A stretch of 64,000 nt of DNA from Candidatus Deferrimicrobiaceae bacterium (GCA_963792415.1 CAWBVY010000006.1:64001-128000); one strand, 5' to 3'; shown: positions 38,404 to 53,287, counted from the first letter of the stretch. The notes: generated by a model from the letters alone, not told the origin. Program-made: numbers and translations.

Positions 38404-39390
38404 CTACCGGTGTACCGCCTTCATCGCCTGCTCGGGATAGCGGGTCCCCGCGGCGGCTCCCACAGGAAACGCCGTATCGAGCAGGGACACCTCCCCGGGT
38501 GTCAACGATACCTCCAGGGCGCCGACGTTTTCCTCCAGGCGGTTCCGGTGCTTGGTTCCCGGGATCGGAAAGATGTCGCTTCCCCGGGCCAGCAACCACG
38601 CCAGGGCCAACTGGGCAGGACGGCACTTATTCGCGGCGGCCATCTCCGCGATACGGTCTACCAGGACGAGGTTGCGGGACAGATTTTCCCCGGCAAAACG
38701 GGGGGAGTTGCGCCGGTAGTCGCCTTCGGCGAGGTCGTCCAGTTTCCGGATCGCACCGGTCAAGGCTCCCCTGCCGAGCGGGCTGTACGCGACGAAGGAT
38801 ATGCCGTTTTCTCGACAGGTCGGGAGCACCTCGGCCTCCGGATCGCGGGTCCAGAGCGAATACTCCGTCTGCAACGCCGCGATCGGGTGAACGGCGCAGG
38901 CCCTGCGGATCGTCGCGGGCGCCGCTTCGGACAGACCCAGATACCGGACTTTTCCCTGCCGCACGAGCTCCGCCATGGCTCCGACCGTTTCCTCGATCGG
39001 GGTTTCCGGATCGACCCGGTGCTGGTAATACAGGTCGATGACGTCCACCCCGAGGCGCAGCAGGCTGGATTCGCAGCACGAACGGACGTAGTCGGGTTTC
39101 CCGTTCACCCCCAGCCAGCTCCCGTCCTTTCCGCGAACATTGCCGAATTTCGTCGCCAGCACGGCCTGCTGCCGACGCCCGCGCAGCGCCTTCCCGACGA
39201 GTTCCTCGTTGCGTCCTAGCCCGTAGATGTCCGCCGTGTCGAGGAAATTGACCCCCAGCTCAAGGGCGCGGTGGATCGTGCGGATCGATTCCGCCTCGTC
39301 GCCCGGACCGTAGAACTCCGACATTCCCATGCAGCCCAACCCCAACCGGGACACCAGCAAGTCGCTCTTTCCGAGAGGCAGTTTCGTCAT
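38404..39390 (-). CDS. Aldo/keto reductase
   Basis: [36 protein letters not shown]. Confidence 0.95.
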   Translation of the reverse strand: MTKLPLGKSDLLVSRLGLGCMGMSEFYGPGDEAESIRTIHRALELGVNFLDTADIYGLGRNEELVGKALRGRRQQAVLATKFGNVRGKDGSWLGVNGKPDYVRSCCESSLLRLGVDVIDLYYQHRVDPETPIEETVGAMAELVRQGKVRYLGLSEAAPATIRRACAVHPIAALQTEYSLWTRDPEAEVLPTCRENGISFVAYSPLGRGALTGAIRKLDDLAEGDYRRNSPRFAGENLSRNLVLVDRIAEMAAANKCRPAQLALAWLLARGSDIFPIPGTKHRNRLEENVGALEVSLTPGEVSLLDTAFPVGAAAGTRYPEQAMKAVHR

Positions 39391-39432
39391 CGTCCGTTCT
39401 CCTGTTCCTGAATGCGAAGATTCAAAAGCAGC

Positions 39433-39771
39433 TCAGATGGGAACCTTTCGCACCTGCTCCCACGCCGGGGTGGAGGGGACGGGCGGGTGTCCCGGTGGGA
39501 GTCCGGATGGCGCCTCGCGGTACTCGGGGGACTCCCCGGGGAATCCTCCTCCGGTCCCGAACCGGCGCCCTCGCGTATGGCCTCCGTAGGCGTCGCACCT
39601 GCCAACGGAGGCGAGAATCTCCCCGTCATGGCGCGTCACGCATACCGGAGTGCCGTGGATGTAGATCTGGCTAGAGGAAAAGTCGATGCGCTGGGTGTAC
39701 GCCGCGTGCCAGAGGAAGATGCCCGTGATGCCGAACACGACGATCAAGGCCGCCGCAAGGATGGTTTTCAT
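39433..39771 (-). CDS. Hypothetical exported or membrane-anchored protein
   Basis: AGGAGG RBS; N-terminal hydrophobic segment; Cys pair; Pro-rich tail (LPPGHPPV). Confidence 0.65.
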   Translation of the reverse strand: MKTILAAALIVVFGITGIFLWHAAYTQRIDFSSSQIYIHGTPVCVTRHDGEILASVGRCDAYGGHTRGRRFGTGGGFPGESPEYREAPSGLPPGHPPVPSTPAWEQVRKVPI

Positions 39772-39904
39772 CGGGTGCACCTCCTGGTATTTACTTTTTG
39801 ATGCAACTGCGGCGGCGGGAGATTCCGTGTCAGGAACCGGGCATTGGCATATGGCGCACGGCAAGTATAGAATGTGAATATCCTGAACGATGAAGGAGGA
39901 TTCC

Positions 39905-40138
39905 ATGGCCGTACAGAAAGCGATCGGGAAGAAAATCTCCGGCATCGAAGTCCAACTCAAGAAACGCGTCCGTTCGCTCGAGAAGGACCTCACGAGCCTC
40001 GTCAAGAAACTGGAAAAAAAGGAAAGCGAGGTGAAGAAACTCAAGGAGAAGATGACCAAGAAATTCGTGAAGAACGTAAAGAAAAACGCGAAAAAGGCCA
40101 AGAAGAAGGTATCGAAGCGATTGACCAATATCTTCTGA
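39905..40138 (+). CDS. Small lysine-rich coiled-coil protein
   Basis: AAGGAGGA RBS; 25 Lys in 77 aa. Confidence 0.75.
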   Translation: MAVQKAIGKKISGIEVQLKKRVRSLEKDLTSLVKKLEKKESEVKKLKEKMTKKFVKNVKKNAKKAKKKVSKRLTNIF

Positions 40139-40172
40139 TCGGAGCGGTTTCTTCCTTGGGCCTTGAAGAGAG

Positions 40173-42278
40173 TCAATCCCTGGAGGAAGGAGCGGGATTC
40201 CCTCCGCCCTCCGACGTCGTTCGCATTTCGAGGAACCGCCGGATCCCGGCGTGATCGGGGGCTGAAAGGAAAGGATCCTCCCGCTGCAGTTCCGCCGCGA
40301 TCTCCTTCGCCTGGTGGAGGATCGAGGCGTCCCGCACGAGGTCCGCGAAGACGAGGTCGGGGATTCCGGACTGCCGCACGCCGGCGAAGTCTCCCGGTCC
40401 GCGAATGCGGAGGTCCTCTTCCGCGATCCGGAAACCGTCGGTGGTCTTCTCCATGACGGACAGGCGCGCCGCCGCTTCCTCCCCCTGGTCTCCCCCCGCC
40501 ATAAGGAAGCAGGACGACGGCCGGGTCCCGCGCCCCACTCTTCCCCGCAGCTGGTGCAGCTGCGAAAGGCCGAACCGTTCCGCGTGCTCGACGACCATCA
40601 TCGTGGCCTCCGGTACGTCCACCCCCACCTCGACGACCGTGGTGGAGACGAGCAGCTGAAGGTCGCCGTCCTTGAACCGCCCCATCGTCTGTTCCTTCTC
40701 CGCCGCCTTCATCCGTCCGTGCAGCAATCCCACCCCCACGCCGGGGAACGCTTCCCGAAGCCGCTCGGCGGTGCGCGTGGCGTCCCGCAGGGAAATCTTG
40801 TCGGACTCCTCCACGAGCGGGAGGACGACGTACGCCCTCCCGCCCCGAGCGATCTCCCTGCGGATCTCCTCAAAGACCTTCCGTCGACCATCCTCCGCGA
40901 CGACCTTCGTGCGGACCGGAATCCTTCCGCGAGGCATCTCGTCGAGCACCGAGACGTCGAGGTCGCCGTACAACGTGATCGCGAGCGTCCGCGGGATCGG
41001 TGTGGCGGTCATGACGAGGAGATGCGGGGAGATCCTTCCCTTCCTGCGGAGGGAGGCGCGTTGCAGCACCCCGAAACGGTGCTGCTCATCGATGACGCCC
41101 AGCGCGAGGTTCCGGAACGCGACACTTTCCTGGATCAGGGCGTGCGTTCCCACGACGATGTCCGCCTCCCCGTCGCGGATCCGTTTTCGCACCGCCTCCC
41201 GTTCCTTCGGCGGCAGGGCGGCGGAGAGGAGCGCGACCCGGACCGGCAATCCCGCCGACCGCTCCAGGAACCTCCGGTAATGCTGCTCCGCCAGGATCTC
41301 CGTGGGCGCCATCACCGCGGCCTGCACGCCGTGCCGCCAGGCGACCATCGCGGCGATCCAGGCGACGATCGTCTTCCCGCTGCCGACGTCCCCCTGCAGG
41401 AGCCGGTGCATCGGGTGCGGCTTACCGAGGTCTTTCAGGATTTCGTTCACCACCCGCCGCTGGGCGCCGGTCAGGTCGAACGGGAGCCGCCGCTTGATCT
41501 CGTCGACGATCTCGCGGTCCCACGGGAGCGGAATCGCCTTCTCCCGCTCGGTCCCCGCCCGCCGGAGAGCCAGCGCCCACTGGAGGGCGAACAGTTCGCC
41601 GAAGATCAGGCGCCGCTGCTGGGGGGAGGAGAATTCCCGGAAGCGCTCCGCGTCGGCGTCGTCGCGCGGGAAGTGGATGGAGGCGAGAGACTCCTGGAGA
41701 GGTGGAATCCCGACCCGCGCGAGGATGCCGGATGGGAAGCACTCGATCTCCTGTGCGGCGTGCCGCTGGACCACCTCCCACTGGATCTTGCGGAGGACCC
41801 GCGGCGGAACCCCTTCCACCTCCGGGTAGACGGGGACGATGCGGCCGGAATGGACCGGGTCGGCGGCGTCTTCCTCCGCGAGGATCTCCGGGTGGTGCAT
41901 TTCGGGAAAGAAGCGGAACCACCGCGTGGGCCCGCAGAGCGTCACCGACTCCCCGACCCGGAATCGTTCGACGAGGGAGGGATGGAAGCGAAACCATTTC
42001 GCCGAGAGTCGCCCGGTCCCGTCGGCGATCACCACCTCGAGAACCCTTGTCGGGCGGAACATTTTCCCTCCGCCCTGCACGGAAAGGACTTTCCCGCGGA
42101 CGGGCACGGTCATCCCCGCCCGGAGCTCCCGGATGGGGATCACCTTGCGCCGGTCTTCGTAATCCTTCGGGAAGAAGTAGAGGGCGTCGTGCGGCGTCCG
42201 GATCCCCCGGGCGGCAAGCTTCTCCCCCAGGCGGGGCCCCACCCCCTTGACGTACTGGATGGGGTACGGTGCGGTCAC
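40173..42278 (-). CDS. recG: ATP-dependent DNA helicase RecG
   Basis: QGDVGSGKT, DEQHRFG, TATPIPR, QLRGRVGRG. Confidence 0.97.
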   Translation of the reverse strand: MTAPYPIQYVKGVGPRLGEKLAARGIRTPHDALYFFPKDYEDRRKVIPIRELRAGMTVPVRGKVLSVQGGGKMFRPTRVLEVVIADGTGRLSAKWFRFHPSLVERFRVGESVTLCGPTRWFRFFPEMHHPEILAEEDAADPVHSGRIVPVYPEVEGVPPRVLRKIQWEVVQRHAAQEIECFPSGILARVGIPPLQESLASIHFPRDDADAERFREFSSPQQRRLIFGELFALQWALALRRAGTEREKAIPLPWDREIVDEIKRRLPFDLTGAQRRVVNEILKDLGKPHPMHRLLQGDVGSGKTIVAWIAAMVAWRHGVQAAVMAPTEILAEQHYRRFLERSAGLPVRVALLSAALPPKEREAVRKRIRDGEADIVVGTHALIQESVAFRNLALGVIDEQHRFGVLQRASLRRKGRISPHLLVMTATPIPRTLAITLYGDLDVSVLDEMPRGRIPVRTKVVAEDGRRKVFEEIRREIARGGRAYVVLPLVEESDKISLRDATRTAERLREAFPGVGVGLLHGRMKAAEKEQTMGRFKDGDLQLLVSTTVVEVGVDVPEATMMVVEHAERFGLSQLHQLRGRVGRGTRPSSCFLMAGGDQGEEAAARLSVMEKTTDGFRIAEEDLRIRGPGDFAGVRQSGIPDLVFADLVRDASILHQAKEIAAELQREDPFLSAPDHAGIRRFLEMRTTSEGGGNPAPSSRD

Positions 42279-42306
42279 CGCGCCCCTCTGGGGCGGAATG
42301 CGGGAG

Positions 42307-45578
<3,272 letters not shown>

Positions 45579-45579
<1 letters not shown>

Positions 45580-46457
45580 TATCGCTCCTGTATGAAAACG
45601 TTCCGGAGTCCGAGCCGCGAAGCGGCCTCGATCGCCCGGTCGTACTCCTTTCTCGTCAACTTCCTGTCGAACCCGGCGGCGGTGGCCGCCTGCCACGCCG
45701 GGAAATATTGCCCCATCAGGGACAGGGGAAGTTCCGGGCCGTGCCTTTCCGACAGATGCGCCAGCACCGCCTCCGTCTCCCCCACCCTTCCCGGAAGCAC
45801 GAGATGGCGGACGAGGACCCCCCGCGTGGCGATTCCATCGATCCCGGAGGACAGGAACCCGACCTGGCGCACCATCTCCTCGATGGCGGCTTCGTTGTGC
45901 CGCGGATAGTCGGGGGTTCCGGAAGCCCTCTCCGCAAGCTCCGCGGAACGATATTTCGCGTCCGGCAGGTAGATGTCGACGACGCCGTCGAGGAGCGCGA
46001 GCGTTTCGAGCGCGTCGTATCCGTTCGTGTTGTAGACCACCGGGAGATCGAACCCCCTGGCGCGGGCCAGAAGAATCGCCTCCAGCATCTGCGGCGCGTG
46101 CGGTGTGGGGGTGACGAAGTTGACGTTGTGAACCCCCTGCTCCCGGAGCCGAAGCATCTCGCCCGCCAGCGTTTCCGCGTCCATCTCCCGCCCGTTTCCG
46201 TACTGGCTGATCGGGTAGTTCTGGCAGAAGAGGCACTTCATGTTGCAATGGCTGAAAAAGATCGTCCCCGAGCCGCGCGCCCCCGAAATCGGCGGTTCCT
46301 CGCCGTGGTGCACGGAAACGGCCGCCACCCTCGCGAGCCGACCCGCGCCGCAGTATCCGCGCTCCCCCTCGAGGCGGTTCACGCCGCACTCCCGCGGGCA
46401 CAACCGGCAGGCGAAAAGCGCCGACATCGGCGCGGTACGTTCGGCGTGAGCGCTCAC
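45579..46457 (-). CDS. Radical SAM protein, PflX-like
   Basis: [40 protein letters not shown]. Confidence 0.88.
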
Positions 46458-47602
46458 AGCTCCTCCTCGCCGCAGAGGTACCGGTGGAAGCGGGTGAAGA
46501 GGTAGCGGGAGTCGTGCGGGCCGGGGGACGCCTCCGGGTGGTATTGCACGGAGAAGCAGCGCATCGAGGGAATGGAGAGCCCCTCCACGGTCCCGTCGTT
46601 CAGGTTCACGTGGGTGATCCGGGCGGCGGCGCCGAGGGAGGCGGGATCGACGGAGAAATTATGGTTCTGGCTGGTGATCTCGACCTTGCCCGTAGCGAGG
46701 TCCTTCACCGGCTGGTTGCACCCGTGGTGCCCGAACTTCAGCTTGAACGTCTTTCCTCCCAGCGCCAGCCCCATGATCTGGTGCCCGAGGCAGATCCCGA
46801 ACATCGGGACCTTCCCGAGAAGCGCGCGGACCGTCTCGACGGCGTACGGCACGCCTTCGGGGTCCCCCGGCCCGTTGGACAGGAAGACGCCGTCCGGAGA
46901 GTCCGCCAGAACCTCCGCCGCGGTGGTTCCGGCCGGCACGACGGTCACGTCGAACCCGTGGGAGACCATCATCCGGAGGATGTTCTGCTTGATCCCGAAG
47001 TCGATCGCGACGATTCGCGGGACGCGCCCGAACCTGCTCCGGAATGCGGCGGCCGGCATGTACCCCTTCTCGAGGTCCCAGTCCCCCGTGGTCCAATGGA
47101 CCGCACGGTCGGAAGTGACCTCCTTCACAAGGTCGCGCCCCACGAGGGAAGGGAGCCCCTGCGCTTTGTGCGCGAGACGATCCGGATCGAGGTCGGTCGC
47201 CGACAGGACCGCCATCTGGGAGCCTCCGTCCCGAAGACGCCGCGTGAGGGCGCGGGTGTCGATTCCCGCGATCCCGCAGACGTGATACCGCCGAAGGTAG
47301 GCGTCCAGGGACTCCACGTGGCGCCAGTTCGACGGCGGACCCCAAGCCTCCCGGACGATGAACCCCTCGACCCAGGGGCGGTTCGATTCCACGTCCTCCG
47401 GGTTGATCCCCGTGTTCCCGATCTCCGGATACGTCATCGTGACGATCTGTCCCTTGTAGGAAGGATCCGTGAGCACTTCCTGGTACCCGGTCATGCCGGT
47501 ATTGAAGACGACCTCGCCGGAGCACTCCCCCGCGTAGCCGAAGGAGGTCCCTTCATAGATCGTGCCGTCCGCGAGGACGAGAATGGCCTTCCGGTCAGGC
47601 AT
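46454..47602 (-). CDS. carA: Carbamoyl-phosphate synthase small subunit
   Basis: [34 protein letters not shown]. Confidence 0.97.
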   Translation of the reverse strand: MPDRKAILVLADGTIYEGTSFGYAGECSGEVVFNTGMTGYQEVLTDPSYKGQIVTMTYPEIGNTGINPEDVESNRPWVEGFIVREAWGPPSNWRHVESLDAYLRRYHVCGIAGIDTRALTRRLRDGGSQMAVLSATDLDPDRLAHKAQGLPSLVGRDLVKEVTSDRAVHWTTGDWDLEKGYMPAAAFRSRFGRVPRIVAIDFGIKQNILRMMVSHGFDVTVVPAGTTAAEVLADSPDGVFLSNGPGDPEGVPYAVETVRALLGKVPMFGICLGHQIMGLALGGKTFKLKFGHHGCNQPVKDLATGKVEITSQNHNFSVDPASLGAAARITHVNLNDGTVEGLSIPSMRCFSVQYHPEASPGPHDSRYLFTRFHRYLCGEEEL

Positions 47603-48896
47603 CCGCCGTGACTCCCGGGATCGTCGAGTGGCGAACCCGTCCGCCGCAGATCGTCGCGGCCGAGCGACCGCGCATCTTCCACCCGAGGAAGGGGCTGTTC
47701 TTCGACCTCGAAAGCACGTCTCCGAGCGAAAATTCCCATTCCGCATCGGGGTCGATGACCGTGACGTCGGCGTCGGCGCCGGCGGCGAGGGATCCCTTGC
47801 CGCGCAGGCCGAGAACCCTCGCGGGCCCGACGGAGAGCAGATCGACGAGACGCGCCGGAGCGACCTTTCCCCCGGCCAGCAGGGAAAGCGAGAGCGGAAG
47901 AGAGGTCTGCAGGCCGATGATGCCGTTGGCGGCGGCGGCGAATTCGCACTTCTTGACGTACGCCTCGTGCGGGGCGTGGTCGCAGGCGATCGCGTCGATC
48001 GTCCCGTCCTGGATCCCCTCGAGGATCGCCATCCGGTCCTCCTCGCCGCGCAGCGGCGGGTTCATCTTCGCGTTCGTGTCGTACCCTTCGAGCGCAGCGT
48101 CGGTCAGGGTGAAGTATTGGGGGGCCGTCTCGCCCGTGACGTCGAGCCCGGCGCGACGGGCCATCCGGAGGAGGTCGACCCCCATCCGGGTGCTGATATG
48201 CTGAATGTGGAGCTTCCCTCCCGTCTGTCGGGCGATCAGGATGTCCCGGGCGATCGCAACCTCCTCCGCGGCGGAGGGGATCCCAGGAATCCCGAGCCTC
48301 CGTGCGGTCCACCCCTCGTGCGCTGCCCCGCCGCCGGCCAGCACGGAGTCCTCGGCGTGGGAGAGGATGCGATACCCGAAAGGACGGACATACTCCATCG
48401 CGCGCCGGACCAGGAGGGGGTTCTCCACCGGTTTCCCGTCGTCGGAAAACGCCACCGCTCCGGCGTCGGCCAGTTCCGAGAAGTCCGCCATCTCCTTCCC
48501 CTCGAGCCCGAGGGTCACCGCGGCCACGGGAAAGACGTTGGCGCACCCTTCCCGAAGCGCTTTCTCGATGATGTGCCGGGTGACCTCAGGGGAATCGTTG
48601 ACCGGATTCGTATTGGCCATGCAGACGACGGAGGTGAATCCGCCGGCCGCCGCCGCGCGTGTCCCGGTGAAGATGTCCTCCTTCCACTCGTATCCCGGAT
48701 CCCGCAGGTGAACGTGCATGTCGATCAGGCCGGGCACGACCCACTTCCCTTCCGCGGAGATCACCTTCCCCTGGAACCGCGCGGGGGGTTCGCCCCCCAG
48801 GAACTCGCGGACCTTCCCGTCTTCCAGCACCAGGTGACCGATTTCGTCCCGACCGGACGCCGGGTCGATCACCCTCCCCCCCTTAATGAGCAACAT
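47595..48896 (-). CDS. pyrC: Dihydroorotase
   Basis: [22 protein letters not shown]. Confidence 0.96.
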   Translation of the reverse strand: MLLIKGGRVIDPASGRDEIGHLVLEDGKVREFLGGEPPARFQGKVISAEGKWVVPGLIDMHVHLRDPGYEWKEDIFTGTRAAAAGGFTSVVCMANTNPVNDSPEVTRHIIEKALREGCANVFPVAAVTLGLEGKEMADFSELADAGAVAFSDDGKPVENPLLVRRAMEYVRPFGYRILSHAEDSVLAGGGAAHEGWTARRLGIPGIPSAAEEVAIARDILIARQTGGKLHIQHISTRMGVDLLRMARRAGLDVTGETAPQYFTLTDAALEGYDTNAKMNPPLRGEEDRMAILEGIQDGTIDAIACDHAPHEAYVKKCEFAAAANGIIGLQTSLPLSLSLLAGGKVAPARLVDLLSVGPARVLGLRGKGSLAAGADADVTVIDPDAEWEFSLGDVLSRSKNSPFLGWKMRGRSAATICGGRVRHSTIPGVTADA

Positions 48897-49815
48897 GGGA
48901 ACCTCCCGCGAGAAGGTAGAGAAGCGCCATCCGAACGGCCACCCCGGACTCGACCTGCCGCAGCACGAGGGACCGCTCGCAGTCGGCCAGCTCGTCGGAC
49001 AGCTCCACCCCGCGGTTGATCGGTCCCGGGTGCATGATCACCGCGTCGTCCTTCGCCAGGGCGAAGACATCACGGTTCAAGCCAAACCTTCGGGAATACT
49101 CCCTTAGTGATGGATAATACGCTGTTTTTTGTCTCTCAAGCTGGATCCGCAACATGATGATGACATCGGCTCCCCGGACCGCTTCACGAATGTCGCTCGT
49201 CACGACCGCCCCGGTCCGCTCCATCTCCCGGGGAACGAGGGTCGCCGGGCCGCACAGCCACAGTTTCGCCCCCATCCTCCCGAGGGAGTGGAGGTCCGAC
49301 CGGACGACACGGCTGTGCAGGATATCCCCCACGATCGCGATTTTCAGACCGGCGATCTTCCCTTTCACCTTCAGGATCGTGTAGAGGTCGAGCAGGCCCT
49401 GGGAAGGATGTTCGTTCTGGCCGTCCCCCGCGTTGATGATCGAGCAGGAGACGTGGCGGGACAGGAAAAGGGCCGCGCCCGAGGCGGAGTGCCGTACGAC
49501 GAGGATGTTGGGCTTCATCGCCTCGATGTTCCGCGCCGTGTCGAGGAGCGTCTCCCCCTTCGTGACGCTCGATGTGCTCGCGCTGAAGTTCACCACGTCG
49601 GCGGAGAGGCGCTTTCCGGCGATCTCGAACGAGGTCCGGGTCCGTGTGCTGGCTTCGAAGAACAGGTTGACCACGGTCTTCCCGCGAAGCGCGGGGACCT
49701 TCTTTATGTCGCGCGTGAGCACCTCCTCCATCGACCGCGCGGTGTCGATGACGAACTCCATCTCCTCCGGGTGGAAGTCGGACAGCCCGAGGACGTGCCG
49801 GCGATGCCATTCCAT
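48883..49815 (-). CDS. pyrB: Aspartate carbamoyltransferase
   Basis: [32 protein letters not shown]. Confidence 0.97.
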   Translation of the reverse strand: MEWHRRHVLGLSDFHPEEMEFVIDTARSMEEVLTRDIKKVPALRGKTVVNLFFEASTRTRTSFEIAGKRLSADVVNFSASTSSVTKGETLLDTARNIEAMKPNILVVRHSASGAALFLSRHVSCSIINAGDGQNEHPSQGLLDLYTILKVKGKIAGLKIAIVGDILHSRVVRSDLHSLGRMGAKLWLCGPATLVPREMERTGAVVTSDIREAVRGADVIIMLRIQLERQKTAYYPSLREYSRRFGLNRDVFALAKDDAVIMHPGPINRGVELSDELADCERSLVLRQVESGVAVRMALLYLLAGGSHVAH

Positions 49816-49818
49816 GGC

Positions 49819-50379
49819 CTATTCCCCCTTCCCTGGCGGATCTTCCTTCAAAAGAACCGTCCATTCCTCCGGTGTCCCCTCGACCCGCACCAGGACGGTC
49901 TCCGTCCGGGACGTGGGGACGTTCCGTCCGACAAAGTCGGCGCGGATGGGGAGCTCGCGGTGTCCCCGGTCGATGAGGACCGCCAGCTGGATGTTCCGCG
50001 GGCGACCGAAGTCGATCAGCGCGTCCATGGCCGCCCGGATCGTCCGCCCGGTGTAAAGGACGTCGTCGACCAGAATCACCTTCTTGTCGTCGATGGAGAA
50101 AGGGATTTCCGTCCGCTTCATGCGCGCCTGGTATCCCGCGCGGGCAAGGTCGTCCCGGTAGAGGGTGATGTCGACGAATCCGGTGGGGACGTCGTCCCCT
50201 TCGATCACCCGGATCTTCCGCCGGATCACCTGGGAAAGGGGGATCCCCCCGGAGGCGATTCCGACGAGGACGATCTGCCCCGCCCCCTTGTTCTTCTCGA
50301 TGATCTCGTGGGTCAGGCGGGAGAGAACGCGCTCAACGCCCTTGCCGTCCAGGAGGGTCTTCAGGCCGGTTTTCTTCAT
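49819..50379 (-). CDS. pyrR: pyr operon attenuation regulator / uracil phosphoribosyltransferase
   Basis: DITLYRDD, DDVLYTGRT, DRGHRELPI. Confidence 0.96.
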   Translation of the reverse strand: MKKTGLKTLLDGKGVERVLSRLTHEIIEKNKGAGQIVLVGIASGGIPLSQVIRRKIRVIEGDDVPTGFVDITLYRDDLARAGYQARMKRTEIPFSIDDKKVILVDDVLYTGRTIRAAMDALIDFGRPRNIQLAVLIDRGHRELPIRADFVGRNVPTSRTETVLVRVEGTPEEWTVLLKEDPPGKGE

Positions 50380-50393
50380 GGGGTCCGCCTCTT

Positions 50394-50629
50394 AGCCCGC
50401 ATTTCTCACCAGCCTTCTACTACGGCGGCGGATACGGGCATGTCTACTGCGTTGTGCCCCTCTTCCCGCGTTCGGGGTACCCCAGGGAGCGTAATCCGTA
50501 CGGGAGTGGGGCGCTCGGTCGGGCTCCTCAGCGTAGTGTTAACTACGCCTCCGGGGCCCTCGGTCGCGCGCCTTGTATCCACGCCCATCTCCACCACCTC
50601 GCTACGAACCCTGGTGAGAAATGCGGGCT
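50394..50629. mobile_element. 236-bp MITE-like element with 19-bp perfect terminal inverted repeats
   Basis: AGCCCGCATTTCTCACCAG (50394-50412) and CTGGTGAGAAATGCGGGCT (50611-50629); internal hairpins; no transposase. Confidence 0.8.
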
Positions 50630-50658
50630 GGTCCCGGCCGGTGTGCCGGCGTCGGGAG

Positions 50659-50693
50659 AAAAAAAAATGCCTCTCCGGCGTTGCGGAGAGGCA
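50659..50693 (-). terminator. pyr attenuator terminator
   Basis: TGCCTCTCCG/CGGAGAGGCA stem followed by T9 on the minus strand. Confidence 0.9.
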
Positions 50694-50717
50694 GAATCGT
50701 GATGGGCGACTCTTCAT

Positions 50718-50750
50718 CCTTTGCTAACCTCACGGGATTAGCTTAAAAGG
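50718..50750 (-). promoter_or_regulatory. PyrR-binding RNA stem-loop
   Basis: CCUUUUAAGCUAAUCCCGUGAGGUUAGCAAAGG fits the CUUUAA...ARUCCNGNGAGGYU consensus. Confidence 0.9.
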
Positions 50751-50759
50751 CCATCTGGG

Positions 50760-50788
50760 ATACTACCCCCATCCCCCACACGAGTCAA
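50760..50788 (-). promoter_or_regulatory. Sigma70 promoter of the pyr operon
   Basis: TTGACT-N17-TAGTAT immediately upstream of the PyrR element. Confidence 0.8.
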
Positions 50789-50809
50789 CGGCAAAGGGAA
50801 GGAGCGGCG

Positions 50810-51481
50810 CTACCGCAAAACCCGGCCGATCCGGTCCCAGCGGACCAGCTCGGGGAAACGCCCCACGTCCGTCCAGCCGATGCCACGATTCCAGTCGATG
50901 GAGAAGTAGATGAACAGCGCCTTGCCGATGACGGCGTCCATGTCGACGAACCCCCAGAATCGGGAGTCGTACGAACGGTCCCGATTGTCCCCCATCATGA
51001 AGAGTTTCCCGGCGGGCACCCGGACGGGGGGCATGTTGTCCCTGCCGCGAATGAAGGCGTCAGAGTTTCTTCCGTCCGCGAAACGCGTGTACCCTTCCAC
51101 GAGAGGGGTCCCGTTGATGTACACCGTCTTCTGCCGGACCTCCACGACGTCTCCCGGAGTCCCGACGACCCGCTTGATGAAATCCTTGCTCGGGTCCTCG
51201 GGGAAGACGAAGACCACGATATCGCCCCGTTTCGGCGTGTTGAAGGCGAGGATCCGCCCCTTCGTGTACGGCACGTGGTACCCGTAGACGAACTTGTTGA
51301 CGAAGATGTGGTCGCCGATCAGGAGGGTGTCCTCCATCGAGCCCGAAGGGATCTTGAACGCCTGCAGGAGAAGGGTGCGGACGATCAGGGCGATGATCAG
51401 CGCGACGCCGAACGCCTCGGCGTACTCCCGGGCCTTCCCCTTCTTCGACCCCTCCAGCCTCTCCGGAACGTCTTGCCGCAT
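50810..51481 (-). CDS. lepB: Signal peptidase I
   Basis: IPSGSMEDTL, FIKRVVG, GDNRDRSYDSR. Confidence 0.96.
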   Translation of the reverse strand: MRQDVPERLEGSKKGKAREYAEAFGVALIIALIVRTLLLQAFKIPSGSMEDTLLIGDHIFVNKFVYGYHVPYTKGRILAFNTPKRGDIVVFVFPEDPSKDFIKRVVGTPGDVVEVRQKTVYINGTPLVEGYTRFADGRNSDAFIRGRDNMPPVRVPAGKLFMMGDNRDRSYDSRFWGFVDMDAVIGKALFIYFSIDWNRGIGWTDVGRFPELVRWDRIGRVLR

Positions 51482-51486
51482 CCCGA

Positions 51487-53285
51487 CTACTCCTTGACCT
51501 TGAGGATCGAGAGAAACGCCTCCTGGGGGATCTCGACGGAGCCGACCTGCTTCATCCGCTTCTTCCCTTCCTTCTGCTTCTCCAGGAGCTTCCGCTTCCT
51601 GGAGATGTCGCCGCCGTAGCATTTCGCGATGACGTTCTTCCGGATCGCCTTGACCGACTCCCTGGCGATGATCTTGCCGCCGATCGCCGCCTGGATGACC
51701 ACCTCGAACATCTGGCGGGGGATCAATTTCCGCAGGCGCTCCGTAACGTCCCGCCCCTTCGGGTACGCGTTGTCCCGGTGGACGATGAGCGAAAGGGCAT
51801 CCACCTTGTCCCCGTTGAGCAGGATGTCCAGGCGGACCAGGTTGGATTGCTGAAATCGGAGAAAGTCGTAATCCATCGAGGCGTAGCCGCGCGAGGCGGT
51901 CTTGAGCTTGTCGTAGAAGTCGAGAACGATCTCGTTCAGCGGCAGTTCGTACTCGAGGATGACCCGGGCCGCCGAGACGAACTTCATCTGCCGCTGCACG
52001 CCCCGCCGCTCCTCGCAAAGCTTGAGGACATTTCCCAGGTATTCCGCCGGGAGGTGGATCGTCGCGTGGATGATCGGCTCCTCGATATGGTCAAGCTCGA
52101 GCGGCTCCGGGAGCCGGGCGGGGCTATCGACTTCGAGGACCGTGCCGTCGATCTTCACGGCGCGATATCCGACCGTGGGAGCCGTGGTGATGAGTTGTAC
52201 GTCGTACTCGCGCTCGAGCCGTTCCTGGACGATCTCCATGTGGAGCAGCCCGAGAAATCCGCACCGGAAACCGAATCCCAGCGCCACGGAACTCTCCGGC
52301 TCCGCCGTGAACGAGGAGTCGTTCAGCCTGAGCTTGTCGATCGCCGTCCGCAGCTGGGGATATTGGTCGGAGGCAAGCGGGTAGACGCCCGCGAACACCA
52401 TCGGCCGGACGACTTTGAACCCGGGCAGCGGCCGGGGGGTGGGATGGCGCGCGTCGGTGATCGTGTCTCCCACCTTCGTCTCGGTCAGGTCCTTGATGTT
52501 GGCGATCACGAAACCGACTTCCCCGGTCCCCAGCGCCTGCAATTCCTTCGGGTGGGGAGAGAAGACGCCGACCTTCTGCACCTCGAACGAATTCCCCGTC
52601 GCCATGAAGGTGACCTTCTGGCCGGACCGGATCGCGCCGTCCAGCACCCGGGCCAGAACGACCACGCCGGCGTAGTTGTCGAACCAGGAATCGATGATCA
52701 GCGCCTTGGTCGGAGCGTCCGGATCCCCCTCGGGGGGGGGATCCCCTTGATCACCTTTTCGAGCAGTTCCGGGACGCCGGTCCCTTTCTTCGCGCTGACC
52801 GCAAGGATCCCGGAGGTGTCGAGGCCGATGACGTCCTCGATCTCCTGCCGTACCCGTTCGGTCTCGGCGTTCGGAAGATCGATCTTGTTCAGAACGGGGA
52901 TGACCTCGAGGTTCAGATCGAGTGCCATGTAGACGTTGGCCAGCGTCTGCGCCTCGACGCCCTGCGACGCGTCGACGACGAGGATCGCGCCTTCGCAGGC
53001 GCTGAGGCTGCGGGACACCTCGTAGGAGAAATCGACATGGCCGGGGGTGTCGATCAGGTTGAGGATGTACTCCTTTCCGTCCTCCGCGCGATGGCGCATC
53101 CGGACGGTCTGGGCCTTGATCGTGATCCCGCGCTCACGCTCGAGGTCCATCTTGTCCAGGAACTGGTCGACCTTCTCCCGGTCCGAAAGGGTCCCGGTGA
53201 TCTCGAGGAGCCGATCGGCCAGGGTGGACTTCCCGTGGTCGATGTGGGCGATGATGGAAAAATTTCGGATGTTCTCTATTCGCAT
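51487..53285 (-). CDS. lepA: Elongation factor 4, frameshifted at a C9 run (52732-52740)
   Basis: [14 protein letters not shown] and NKID in one frame, the remainder to KCYGGD in another; adding one C restores [22 protein letters not shown]. Confidence 0.93.
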
Positions 53286-53287
53286 GT

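Noticed and set aside
50406-50717. Short ORFs in the pyr leader (103 aa minus, 82 aa plus)
   Set aside because: They run across the terminator and the MITE and have no protein-like features
52732-52740. Programmed ribosomal frameshift in lepA
   Set aside because: I know of no precedent and see no stimulatory element; a homopolymer error is the simpler explanation
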